Assembly (NCBI RefSeq): GCF_026571515.1 | Contig: NW_026862677.1 | Coordinates: 62,001-126,000 of the forward strand | Reading direction: 5' to 3' | Length of the DNA: 64,000 nucleotides | Source: Ruditapes philippinarum | Lineage: Eukaryota | Shown: in pieces, positions 21,601 to 31,723 of the stretch | How positions within the stretch are numbered: position 1 is the stretch's first letter | Layout: each line of letters opens with the position of its first letter | Made by a program: the position numbers and the translations under genes | Notes under the pieces: generated by a model | What the model was told of the DNA's origin: nothing | The model's database searches: none | What the model saw: the letters and a program-made list of their open reading frames with translations, nothing else

Positions 21601-23688
21601 TAGTTTTAGAACCACAATTATATACATATATAGAAATTCACTTAAGTGTGGTTTCAACCTTAATTACTACATACAGGATCTTTAAATGGCTTGATTATAC
21701 TCCTGGTTCGTGGGTTAAGTCATAAAACCAAATACACTGTGGTAGTAAAAACTGAATTTGTTTGCACAGAGTGAGTAATTATGTCTTACTCTATACAAGA
21801 TTGTACCTCATTGTCCAAATACTGTCTATGCTGAGCTTGCTTTGTTTTCAGATCAAAAATATCTTCATCATCCTCATCTTTCTTGTAATACTTGTCTAAT
21901 AAATCATATTCTTCCAGCTTTGTCTGAAGATGGTTTACATAATTGTAATAATAAGCTTTAGTTTTAAAAGCTAAATAAATGAAGATATTTTAAAAAGGTA
22001 AACAACAAAATTATAGATTATGCATAAATTTAAGAAATGTAAACTAATACACAAACCATGGACTTCCTTGCTGGTCATAACAATTCAAAATTTTGTTGAA
22101 TTTTAATGATATTATTTAATAATTCTTTACCATTTGCAGTGTAAATGCCATTTTGCCATACTTTTAATTTTACATATTTTGGAAAGTAAATGCTTAAGGG
22201 GTTAAGGCAATTCTTTAAAATCTCATTATCTGTACACTGACAGTATTTTTTCTATTAAAACACTTCAATTTCACAAAATTGGAAATGGCATGGGTGAAAG
22301 CTGTTTTTACGAATGTACTCCTGATTAATCAAAATGTTTTATAAACATTGTAAAATCAAAATTTTTATATCAATTCATTGAGAGAAAAATAGTTAGAAAT
22401 ATACAAAACTCATGTAGAAGCATCATAAAACTTTTAAGAATGAAACACTTCCTTGACACTGTATAAAGTTGTTTTAATGGTTGAATAGCAAAAATTAAAA
22501 TATTATTTTGAACAGCTGAAAAACAAGAGCTGTCCGTAAGACAGCGCGCTCGACTTTTTTATTGCTTGCCAATAAAAAAAGTTTTTGCAGTAAAAGGCAA
22601 TACAAGAATCTCTGTATTTTTAAAGTGAACAATGGCCATGAGCATTAAGATATTTAGTATATTGGACATGTTTGGGAATCATGATTGTAAACAAGTATTC
22701 CAACTTTCAAATTAATATCTCAAACAGTTCAGTCAAAAAGTGGACTGGTACTAAAAACTTAACCAAGATTCTAAGTCGATAAAAGGCCTTAATTTTTAAA
22801 ACAAATCCTTGACAGAGTTACCTTCTCTTGCGTACAGATGGGGGTAATGATGTGAAATAGCATTAAAAGTTTCAAAGCAATATCTCAAAGGGTTAAGGCA
22901 ATAAGTGGATTTTACCCATATTCAATGTATTTTCTAAGTCAAAAAGGGGCATAATTCTGTCAAAAACCTTGACAGAGTTATGTCCTCTTGTCTGTTGATG
23001 AAGGTCGTGATGGTAAACAAGTATGGTCAGTTTCAAAGCAATACCTCCAATGGTTTTGAAATAAAGTGAGGTGGTACAAAAAACTTAACCAAGCTCAATA
23101 CACTTTCTAAGTCAAAAAAGGGCCATAATTCTGTCAAAAACCTTGACAGAGTTATGTACTCTTGTCTGTAGATGGAGGTTATGATGGTGAACAAGTATGG
23201 TAAGTTTCAAAGCCATACTTGTAATACTTCTGAAATAAAGTGGGGTGGTACGAAAAACTTAACCAAGGTGTGACGCCAACGCCGACGCCGACGCCGACGC
23301 CGGGGCGAGTAGGATAGCTCCCCTTTTCATAGAAAAGTCGAGCTAAAAAGCACTTTCGAAACATACACATACATGTATTGTGTCACAGGGTCGTTACCTT
23401 AATAGCATTGTATGCTTCTTTGGCTTGATTGAACTTCTTTGGGTCAGCAGTTGTAGACTTACTGTCCGGATGATATATCTTCACCTTCTCCAAGAATGCC
23501 TGTCGCAGTTCCTCTTGTGAGCATCCCTCGGAAACGTTCAGGAAAGTGTAACAGTCTCGGAGGTTATCTTGTATTTTGTAACCAACTCTACACAAAGCGG
23601 ATGTAGTAAAATTGCTGCCTTTGTAACACAGTTTGATACGAGTTATACCATGCTTGCATAATGTAAGTCTGTATGTCACCATAGACAT
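9007..23688 (-). CDS. DNAJC28: DnaJ homolog subfamily C member 28 (J domain + DUF1992-type region)
   Basis: Coding exons 23688-23398 (basic, presequence-like N-terminus and J domain with HPD), 21923-21807 (QHRQYLDNE), 20939-20773 (GFGFGNRAQRQKQY), 10749-10549 ([28 protein letters not shown]...LPNWI), 9373-9007 (INNKIFNYNLIVPIL). Phases are compatible and the last intron has a GC donor. ATG choice (23688) is inferred; an upstream acceptor at ~23772 implies a 5' UTR intron. Confidence 0.9.
9996..10349. mobile_element. TTAA-flanked MITE family A (Kolobok/piggyBac-type target site), 354 bp
   Basis: TTAA|AGGGACTCCACTGAGGTTT ... AAACCTCTGTGGAGTTCCT|TTAA: imperfect 19-bp TIRs with TTAA on both sides. 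Confidence 0.8.
11001..12940 (+). mobile_element. Composite of truncated Helentron-associated (HINE/DINE-1/pearl-like) elements with a ~145-bp tandem core array
   Basis: 5' ends AACTAGTAATGTGTCCATGGGACACGGGTGCCCC (11001) and AACAAGAGGGTAATGATGGCCCTGAGTCGCTCAC (11153); about 6.5 copies of a ~145-bp unit at 11300-12260; a different core at 12265-12890; 3'-type end CCGACGC...CAATAGCTCTCGATATTCTTCGAATA at 12890-12940. Confidence 0.75.
12941..14078. repeat. 46-bp minisatellite array, about 25 copies
   Basis: Unit CATGTTTCCTTCAAGTGATAAACATGACAACAAATATTGCACTGGC with variants; ORFs 13387-13607 are by-products. Confidence 0.95.
14222..14558 (-). mobile_element. TTAA-flanked MITE family B, reverse copy
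   Basis: Ends CTGGAGGCATGCTGCT|TTAA; its reverse complement aligns by eye along the 15410-15756 copy (e.g. CCCTTACTG[C/T]GTTAGTAA.GCAGTAGAAAT). Confidence 0.75.
14898..14958. promoter_or_regulatory. Candidate cGLR promoter: ISRE-like element flanked by two ETS cores
   Basis: TTTCCCTTTCATTTCATTC at 14918-14936 (minus strand GAATGAAATGAAAGGGAAA, containing GAAANNGAAA); AAAAGGAAGTG at ~14902-14912 and AAAGAGGAAGTA at ~14944-14955; putative non-coding first-exon donor GTAAGT at 15050. Confidence 0.45.
15410..15756 (+). mobile_element. TTAA-flanked MITE family B, 347 bp
   Basis: TTAA|AGCAGCACTCCTCCAG ... CTGGAGGCGTGCAGCT|TTAA. Confidence 0.8.
16155..18230 (+). CDS. cGAS-like receptor (Mab-21/cGLR nucleotidyltransferase) with C-terminal TPR-like region; single coding exon nested antisense in a DNAJC28 intron
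   Basis: Uninterrupted 691-aa ORF from the ATG just after acceptor TATTACAG (16153). NTase signature LGSQSEG...SDIDIL, third acidic site DRDRVSALP, Mab-21 motifs WPQSASGW...RWPT, FVVPTG, EWRISTTLAE, SSFMCKTVLLH, HFITTENNL; TPR-like HRETALNILGQCMEQENRPQAALKCYMLSL...NNAA. Confidence 0.9.
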   Translation: MFQEPDYRENLSLMLSEVLHDIGVNERIVMSRRRGNMLREIMSNIQNRLSGLNVTSYNLGSQSEGTTTIGLHSDIDILVCFHDCNIIQEWSEWEPDKLNYLMIHDENTTPGYCFLQLLRDDEPLPATVIPDEHHITDRRGRILYKNTMINDLLQGADQKHGPSIAEQGQPGLCDRDRVSALPCKSWPQSASGWLQIQGISRWPTQEMRRYAASNGCFVVPTGSKVSEYPELEWRISTTLAERCLMFNQNITQIRCYVLLKMILKSFLNPQDEINISSFMCKTVLLHCIENTESQIWKDNNLYTCLTYCLLELQNCVHNDCCSHFITTENNLMAGQFTAETKHELSKNICDFIQNDRQWLLSIDIDDVGHRLQVKLNRVPHRIYYFPSSLVIYENVKTLAYINIANDVSYQHMLILNFLLNKNIRTIKQSIGKVMTFCDNGTRLEHAAFKLLAPFIFTTYGSILASSSIGENNQVSPQALVWLSAGLNSDISSSRLKLASVFYSTGDMEKADLILRHTEQQYYSYPVLPICYCHHQLPEAVTAEFKRLCNEQSEDCIKHITAFCVRFIQKEINCVPKELQYEMFTHKYEDCWMDWAVVDSLPFLYFLQYKINRHLQRHQDQQQALCKLIRTLETDKNLKHRETALNILGQCMEQENRPQAALKCYMLSLQQRARNNAANYHICKLLSGLLVC
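18571..18658. repeat. Palindromic (TACA)n/(TA)n/(TGTA)n microsatellite hairpin downstream of the cGLR stop
   Basis: AGAAGACTACATATACATACATACAT (18571-18596) is 25/26 complementary to ATGTATGTATGTATATGAAGTCTTCT (18633-18658). Confidence 0.85.
19007..19955 (+). mobile_element. Helentron-associated element (HINE) with ~160-bp tandem core
   Basis: 5' AACTAGAAATGTGTCAATAGGACACGGGTGCCCCC; 4-5 core repeats; (GGAC)n microsatellite at 19885-19910; 3' hairpin ATGCCCGCCACTAAAGTTGGGGCAC followed by an A-run. Confidence 0.8.
21325..21681 (+). mobile_element. TTAA-flanked MITE family C, 357 bp
   Basis: TTAA|AGATCCTGTA ... TACAGGATCT|TTAA; a second copy lies reversed at ~31385-31711. Confidence 0.8.
22522..23349 (+). 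mobile_element. Helentron-associated element (HINE) with ~165-170-bp tandem core
   Basis: 5' AACAAGAGCTGTCCGTAAGACAGCGCGCTCGACTTTT; 3-4 core repeats; (GACGCC)n at 23272-23301; 3' ATAGCTC...AAAAGTCGAGCTAAAAA complementary to the 5' subterminal motif; ends about 50 bp from a DNAJC28 donor. Confidence 0.85.
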
Positions 23689-23959
23689 TTTTGGTAGATT
23701 TGAACAATTAAAATCCTCCCTGAGAACTCTACTGCACTTGTATTTAAAGTTACATCCTTTACCTTGGTGATCTGAAATTAGATGGAACAATAATACCAAA
23801 GCTACAGAAACGGAATGGGAAAAATATACTATAAAGTTCATGTTAATGTATCTCTAGGCTGCTGCCTACTGCCTTGCTATTGTTTAAACCCTTTATCATG
23901 ATATAGCAAATATTATGATTTAATATGATTGGAATTTGGTTCCTAGTTATAGCCAATGG

Positions 23960-24090
23960 GTGCATTTAGAGTAACCAGCATTGCGACATTTCAGCTTTAC
24001 TGGTGGAGACCTACCTCATGTGCCCCACTGTGCATTATTTCAGGCACAAACAGGCACCTAAGTAGAACCATCAACCTAAGTTAGATCAGT
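23960..24090 (-). mobile_element. SINE 3' fragment, same family as 48640-48883
   Basis: CAGCTTTACTGGTGGAG...GTGCCCCACTGTGCATTATTTCAGGCACAAACAGGCACC matches 48660-48730. Confidence 0.6.
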
Positions 24091-27000
24091 TAGTAGTAGT
24101 ATACCAAAAAAGACTACTATCATGTTCTTCTCAAGGAATGCAAACACATAAGTTATTAGCGCACATGCCATTCCCAATGGATAATTTTGAACGTGAATAA
24201 ATCTACATATTTTCTTTTAGTAAACTTTTATTAGAATCTGTCTGCTGCAAAATCCATGTTTTTTAAATCCTAACCCAAAAATCTAATACAACACTTACAC
24301 TACCCCTAACCCTAGAAGTAAACTGCAATATGAGTGTTTTTGTAGAAAATCATAAATATTGAACAAATACATGTATTATTGGGTAAAATCATAATATTAA
24401 TATTAAAAATAGATTCGGACAAATTCTAAACTAAACTTTAACAGTTTAACACCGTTTAACCGAGTTTACAAGTTTGTTCTATAAATTACGTAACATAGCA
24501 CTCCGGGTCAAACAAACCAATAAGACATTTGCATTAATTTAAGTAATTATAATAACTTATTTTCACTACACTTAAGTCCTCTCTTTTTACATAATATTAC
24601 ATGTTTTTTTAACTTTTAAAAAAGTTATATCTTGTATCCGACTGGTACAAATGGCGTGTTACAAAGAAAGGGACGTAACTATTACAAACTAGAAATCCAT
24701 TATCGGAGGCGAAACGCGCATAAAATGCCTTAAACTATAAATTTAATAACTTTTACTATGTTTGTAAAGCAAAACATTGATTCTTGACATTGTTACAATA
24801 AGATTTTGTAACATTCCTCTTTTTATTATTAATTAATTTGTTAATAATTTTTCAAGATCATAATTATGTTTCTCGTGCAGTACATGATTGCAAAAATTGC
24901 TACATGTACATATTGATTTCATTGCTTTGTTTACTGATGCCAAAGCTAGGTAGCGGATCATTGACTTGACAAGTTCCCTATTTTCTTCCCTAAGGGAATG
25001 CTCACCACTGGAACAACTTACCCCACCCCTCCTTCATTTGCCTTACTTACGATCGACATACAAATGTCTACATTACAACGGGGGTTCAACATTATGTGGG
25101 AATAGCTGCATATTAAAAGTGAAAAGAAAAAATATACGCAAGAAATCACGGATTTATAAGTAAAGTCCGTGCTAGAAATAAATTAAAATCACAATAGAGG
25201 AAACATCTATCTCTGATGATTATAACAGGGCCTGTCAAATAGAATTGGAAAACACTGAAATTGCATAATTTTAATATATATTCTTATTGCAAAACTTTTC
25301 AATTCCTAATTGTAATAAGACATGTACTGGCACTTTTTTCTATAATGGTTTTAACAGAAAAATGAATTTCTTCATGTTATGAATTTGTCGTACTGAATCA
25401 TCACATTTTGTATTGTAACTGCGTGTTGCTAGAAAGGTTGTTCGATGCACATACCGCATTAATAACTTTTCTATCTTGAAAAAATATTAGAAATGATAGT
25501 TGAACGTCTCAATTCTGATTAAAAGGACACAAAGAATAGAGGAATTGATAAAAGATTGACCTTGATTTTCTGTCAGAATGTTAGCCACTTTCATGGTATT
25601 TCTGCCATCACGGCAGCATTTAAAATAAGTATCTGCCTACAACGGCAGCATTTTTTCTTAGACCGGACCAGATTGAACGTCTGTAAAACTTGCAAGAAAA
25701 GACTCACGGGGTAGATATTTGGCTTGCGTGACCCCAGTGGATGAACGTCTATATTAATAACACGAAATCTTGCCATTTATTTAAAACTTGAGATATTTTG
25801 AACTAAAAAACAGACATTTTCGCGGAATTTTCCGAAGCTGTCACTTTTAACCTGCTCAAAATAGTCTAAAAACAGGAAAAAACGAGTCCAAAATTACCTA
25901 ATTACCTAATAGTATCTCCAGTCAATGGACAATAGTTTCATAGCAATGAAATGGGCCGTATTTGTGTAATATAATAATAACCTACCTGTACCGAGCGGTA
26001 AATTTCAGCTATCTGCCATCACTGCAGTGATCTGCCATCACTGGCGCCAGTAATACGGTGTGATTAAAGATTGGAATAGTTTGCCAGATAGTATGAAATG
26101 TATAACAAATCAAACACTATATCATACAACCTCTGGTAAAAGCTTCCTTGCTACAATTAAGCGGCACTGCACAACATCAATGTCATTTTCTTGACTGACA
26201 TTATAAGAACACCTCCTTTCATTCTATTCTTTGTCAACTAATGCACTTCTCGTTTCTTATTTTCTGTGATTAAGTAAAACTTACTGTGATAACATAGCCA
26301 AATGTCATCTCCCACTTTTCTAACCGATTTATGTCATGTTAGAGGGTGACTGATTGGTTTGCAGATGTTAGAACAATGTATATTGTAGTATCGTCTGTAA
26401 ACAAGCGAATCTTGGGAATATATGTTTTGTGGGAGGTCATTTCTATCAGCAAAAAAACAAGGTGGATTCTAGAACTGAATAAATATGTTAATATGAAGTT
26501 GAACTTTAATTATTCAGAAATAAACATTGATATATGGAAGGATTTTTTTTTATCTTTTGTAATGCACAGCTAACATAGGCCTTAATTATTGAAGTATGTT
26601 TTAGCATAGGAAAAAAATCAGTGCAATGTTTTACTAGATTAAAATTAAATTGATGCTGACTGCATAGTCTAAAAATAATTTTATAATGTTAGTCACAAAA
26701 CATCAATTTTTTGTTATCTTTCTCAATAAATAATTAGTATCCACCAAGGCCATTGCTCACTAATTACTCAGCTAACAAGCCCCTTTGATGTGGTGATGTT
26801 AATTAATGGATTATTGATAAGTAAAATTAGATCTCTTTTTTTAATTCTAATAATATCTCTACGTGAAATAAATAAAAAAATTAAATAAATTTTAAAAATA
26901 TCTTTTACATAATGGAAATTAACTGTATCCCACTGTAACCTTGTACGTATAATCCTTGTATCCCTGTATCCCTTGTCATGTGGGGTGAAAATAATTGTGA

Positions 27001-27414
27001 TTTTGTGCTATATATGCATAGGATTAAAGGGACCCAAGCTCTTTGGAAAGTGTGTTAATAATTATTGGCTTTCTTTTATCCAGACCACTTGCTTAAAGGG
27101 TTTAGGTTAGAATTTTTTCAATCCCTTAAAATATCTCTTTTTTTATCTGGCATAGAAAATTAATTAATGAAAATATAGTTTATTTGTTATTTAAACCGTT
27201 ATTTTCTATTTACATTTACATTCACGAATTTATATTATTATTAATATAGTTAAACTGTGATATATAATGTTGCAATGAATAAAGATAGTCCGTCAGTAAT
27301 CAGTAAAATCAAATCAAAATTTGTTATACATGTATATGCATACCAAAAATTAATAAATTTTTGAATTTAATTTGAGTGGATTTTGGTATTAAAATGCGTG
27401 TACAATCTTTTTCG

Positions 27415-27500
27415 CAAACTCCTCGCAGCGGTTACTTCCCCTGATCTGTACAGTATCTGTTAAAGTAGCAAAGCGTGACGTAACCGCTGTGAGGAGTTTG
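27415..27500. mobile_element. 86-bp micro-MITE with 21-bp TIRs and a perfect 9-bp TSD (Mutator-like signature), 80 bp upstream of the MTG1 ATG
   Basis: CAAACTCCTCGCAGCGGTTAC (27415-27435) / GTAACCGCTGTGAGGAGTTTG (27480-27500), 20/21 complementary; TCTTTTTCG at 27406-27414 and 27501-27509. Confidence 0.85.
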
Positions 27501-27580
27501 TCTTTTTCGTCGTTTCGTGTATTAATATTTCAAGCTTTTGATAACAACGAAATCAAGCGTTTACTTTTTTATTTTGGACA

Positions 27581-29730
27581 ATGTCAAGATTATTTGGAAA
27601 TGCTGTTAAATTCCGAGATACATTTGTTTTGCCTAAGTCAGCAAAACTACAATGGTTTCCAGGTATAAAAAATGTACATTAAAAGTATTGAATGTATAAT
27701 GGGCGTGAGGCGGCGGCGTAGATATCTAAGAAAACAATGAACAGGATTCGTCCCACTAACGATTCGACCAATAACACATAGTCAAAATCCTTACAGTGAT
27801 TTGACAGGCATGAGTATCGGACCTGGGAAGAAAAAAATATTACCAGATTGATAAAAAAACCAGTGTACATCTTAAATGTATAAAAAAAACCCACAAGAAA
27901 ATGAAGAAATATGAGCACCCTTAAAAATGTATGATACTTAAAGTACAAATTTGTTTAATTGGCTACGCCACTGCTTAACAAACTCCTCTTTACCATAGAA
28001 AACTGCATATGATTTCAAAATGAAGACTACTATAACACTTTTTTATTTTAACAGCATTTAAGAAAATCTTTGAAGTAAAAAAAATGTCTTCTTTTCAGGG
28101 GGTAGCCTGGGGTTCTCTGATATCACGGTACTTAACGTTTATCGGAAAATATTCAAATATAAATATCATAGATGAATGAGATTTTTCTTCTGTCTAATAA
28201 GTGAACCATTTCCAGAACTGTTTGTCAAAAAGATTATTTCAAAAGATCCAATTAAAATAGCATTTTAAAAACTATTTCCAATGTCTGCTATTTTGGGTAA
28301 TTTCAGAGGAGCTTACTATGGTATCATGGTAATCCCCAAAAATGCAAGTATGGAAGGATAAATGAGTCAAAATCTTCAAGTTAAATTGTGAAAAACTTCC
28401 AACAGTTAACTTACTATAAAATTTAAACTATATGAACAGACAATATGTCAGTATATGTGATTATAACATATTTTAATTGACTGTGTAAAAACAATTATGG
28501 AAAATAGTAGTCAAATATAAAGATTTGCTATGTGAAAAAATAAAGTATTATTTGATAAGTGTTTTTTGTAAATAAGTTAATAACATATAACAAAAATGGT
28601 AGTCACATAACACCGTGAGTCACCTAATTCAGTGCAACTTAATAGCCCAAATTGTTGGGCAGACTTAAACAGGGTCACATAAGACAGGAGGTCACTGAAT
28701 ACACTGGGCCACTTCACTATGGCAGTTTTGACTGTATTTGAAATAATCATACTTAAATACATGATTGTATTATGTTGTCCCACTCTGAACATTGGTTTGT
28801 TTTTCTTTCGTAAAGTTCATTTGTTTTTTCTTTCTTCCAGGTCACATGAAGAGGGGAATGGACCAGATCCAGTCTTCTTTACGGGAAATTGATGCTGTAA
28901 TAGAAGTCCACGATGCTAGAATCCCGTTTTCAGGTCGGAACTCTAATCTTAGACAGGTCATTCACATACGTCCTCACGTTCTTATCCTAAACAAGTGTGA
29001 TCTTGCTGATTTATCAAGAAAGGATGAAATTGTAAAGAAAATTAAGGGCGAAGGTGTAAATAATGTTCTGTTTACTTCGTGTGTTAGTAAACATATTACA
29101 AAATACGTAAAGAATGATATAATTCCTATGATGTTACGAGATGTCAATGGTCGGGAAAGATTCCGTACCGATGTTTATAATCGATACAACATTCTAGTGA
29201 TAGGAGTCCCAAATGTTGGCAAATCAACTCTTCTAAATAAACTGATGGAAACATATACTAAAAGAAGAAAATGTGCACAAGTTGGAGCTATGCCTGGAGT
29301 AACAAGATCTGTAATGAATAAAGTGAGGGTTAACTATGATCCAGACATGTATGTAGTCGACACGCCAGGAATTTTGAATGCACACATACCAAACACGGAA
29401 ATGGGGATGAGACTTGCACTGTGTGACTGTATTCCTAATCATCTAGTAGGAAAGGAAGTTATTGTTGATTATTTATTATTCTGGTTGAATAAACATAAGA
29501 AATTCTCCTATGTTGACCAGTATCAAATGTCTAGTCCTACAGATGATGTGATGGATTTTATGATGGCTGTGGCATTGAAAAACAAGTTTCTACAGCCTTA
29601 TAAAGACGGTTCAAATTCTACACAGACTAAATACAAAATTAACTTTGAAAAGACATCAAGTTTTATAATCAAAGAATTTCAGAGTGGAAATTTTGGGAAA
29701 GTTATGTTTGACGATGATTGCCTTACTTGA
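27581..29730 (+). CDS. MTG1: Mitochondrial ribosome-associated GTPase 1 (RbgA/YlqF family, circularly permuted GTPase)
   Basis: Exon 1 27581-27662 (MSRLFGNAVKFRDTF...QWFP) joins exon 2 28841-29730 (GHMKRG...) to give the WFPGHM signature; EVHDARIPFSGRN, NKCD, GVPNVGKS (P-loop), PGVT, DTPG. Confidence 0.95.
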
Positions 29731-31384
29731 AGATTCTGCTTCTGTTTCAAGGCAGTTTTTAAATTCAACTTGACTATTTAAAGAGTATACAAATACTCCC
29801 TTTCTTGGAAAGATAACTTGAAAAAATAGGATTGTATCTGTCCCCCTTTTTTTGCCTAAATTTGTTTCAGTTTTTATTTTCTTTAATCATGCAAAGTTTA
29901 AGAAATTGTGTTCACTAGGTAAAATAAAATGTTTCATAAATATAAAGGTATGAATATTCAAGGGGAAGAAATTACATGTACAGGAAACATCTTTGAAGGT
30001 CATTGTAGGTCTCTTACAAAGACCCATAACTCTAGCAGTCATTTAGACTGAATTATACCTTTTGGTGAACTGAAAAAAAATATAGGTCAAGTTTTACCTG
30101 CAAATTTTATCTTAAGCACCAGGTAATGTATTCACTTTGTCTTATATTCACACATGTCTCCTGGTTCATCATTGTAGGACACTGTCCAAGAACCATTACT
30201 CTTAACAGGCATACATTTTCATTGAAATATAGCTTTATGTGAAGATTCTTAGATAAAGTATCATATGCAAGCTATGTGCTTATAAAAAAGTAATATACAG
30301 TGTTTACTTTTAACTAGGAATTTTTGTACTCCCTATTTATCTTGGTTTGATATATCAACATTTATAAGAAAAAAGTAAACACACTGTATGATTATATGAA
30401 TAATGTATTCTTTTGTAATGTGATGTATAAAAATTTGAAATACATGAACACGTCTGGTTATAAACATAATACCATCAGTGTATTTTCATTTATTGTTTAT
30501 TTTGCATTATCAATAGCTTCACACTTTGTAGCTTATTCATTAGAGCACAGCTCAAATTTTATTACACTATCTGATATAATTACAAACAACATCTTATTAT
30601 TTATTTCACTGAACACCACAGGACCATAATGACAAAAATGATTTCCATATGCCCATTATAACCCATTCTGAATTTATACTCTGGTGACTGAAGTGGTCAT
30701 TCCTGATACATCCAACCATGCTCCTTCGACTGAGCATAATTTCACTTTGAGCATATTTTTTAACTATTCTCAATTTTAAAGTGTAACAATATATATGTAA
30801 AATGGATATCATTTTTCCCCGATTTTTTTAAGACTGCATTCATTTATATCTATGCATTGATGCAATCACTATTTCTAAAATAGAGCTGCCAGAAACAATA
30901 TTGATGTATGATTGATATTTTATCAATAATCAATACAAATTTAATTTTGACTTACTATTTAAGTGTATAGAAATGAGGAAAATTCAACCAAAAAATATAC
31001 AGAAGCAGTTGTCCATGCCTAACATTATCTGTTGTTACATAGTGGAAATATTTCACAGAAATTATGACAAAAAAATGGTCTGGATAAAAATCATGCAATT
31101 AGCTTTTATAAACAAGACACTGAACAGAACATGTTTTCAACTGAAATCATTTTAACAGGTATAAAAAGTGAATAACAGGCAAGTTATTTTAGGTAATAAT
31201 CAATATATTTGTGTATCCTTGATATTTGTCATCTGATGTAGATAAATCCTTGATATGCCTTGCCTTGAATCATAGACAGCTCTATTCAAAAATGATATAT
31301 AATTTGCATATAAATGTATAATCAAACAAAATGAACAAGCCAAAGCCTTATTTTTAAGTATAATCAGAATTTGCTCAGCTTAAT

Positions 31385-31711
31385 CACTTAATTACACTTT
31401 GTCTCGGTAATGTATATAATTATTCTTCTTAAACAATTTCCAAACATCCAAGAATATGTTTAATATGTACTGCAAATGTTTATGCCCATTATAAGTAATC
31501 ATTAAAATATATGCATTCATTTCTTATTGAAAAATTTGGCTTAGACTTTATCGAAAATAAATTTCTAATTACCTCCCTTTATTTACATGAAATGTAAATT
31601 CGGTAATATCTTTACAAATAATGCTTTTTGGAACTTACAATATTGATAAATCTTCATTTGAGCATCATATTTATCATATAAAACCATAAAAAAACTTGAG
31701 TTACAGGATCT
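31385..31711 (-). mobile_element. TTAA-flanked MITE family C, reverse copy, 12 bp downstream of the B-box gene stop
   Basis: Ends AGTTACAGGATCT|TTAA at 31711; reverse complement is colinear with 21325-21650. Confidence 0.75.
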
Positions 31712-31723
31712 TTAAAGTTATGT

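Noticed and set aside
25226-26060. Additional DNA transposon between DNAJC28 and MTG1
   Set aside because: Repeated TCTGCCATCAC motifs and a TIR-like right end are present, but no matching left end or TSD was found.
28792-28840. Hydrophobic N-terminus of the MTG1 ORF
   Set aside because: Intronic pyrimidine tract; the true N-terminus is exon 27581-27662, which restores WFPGHM.
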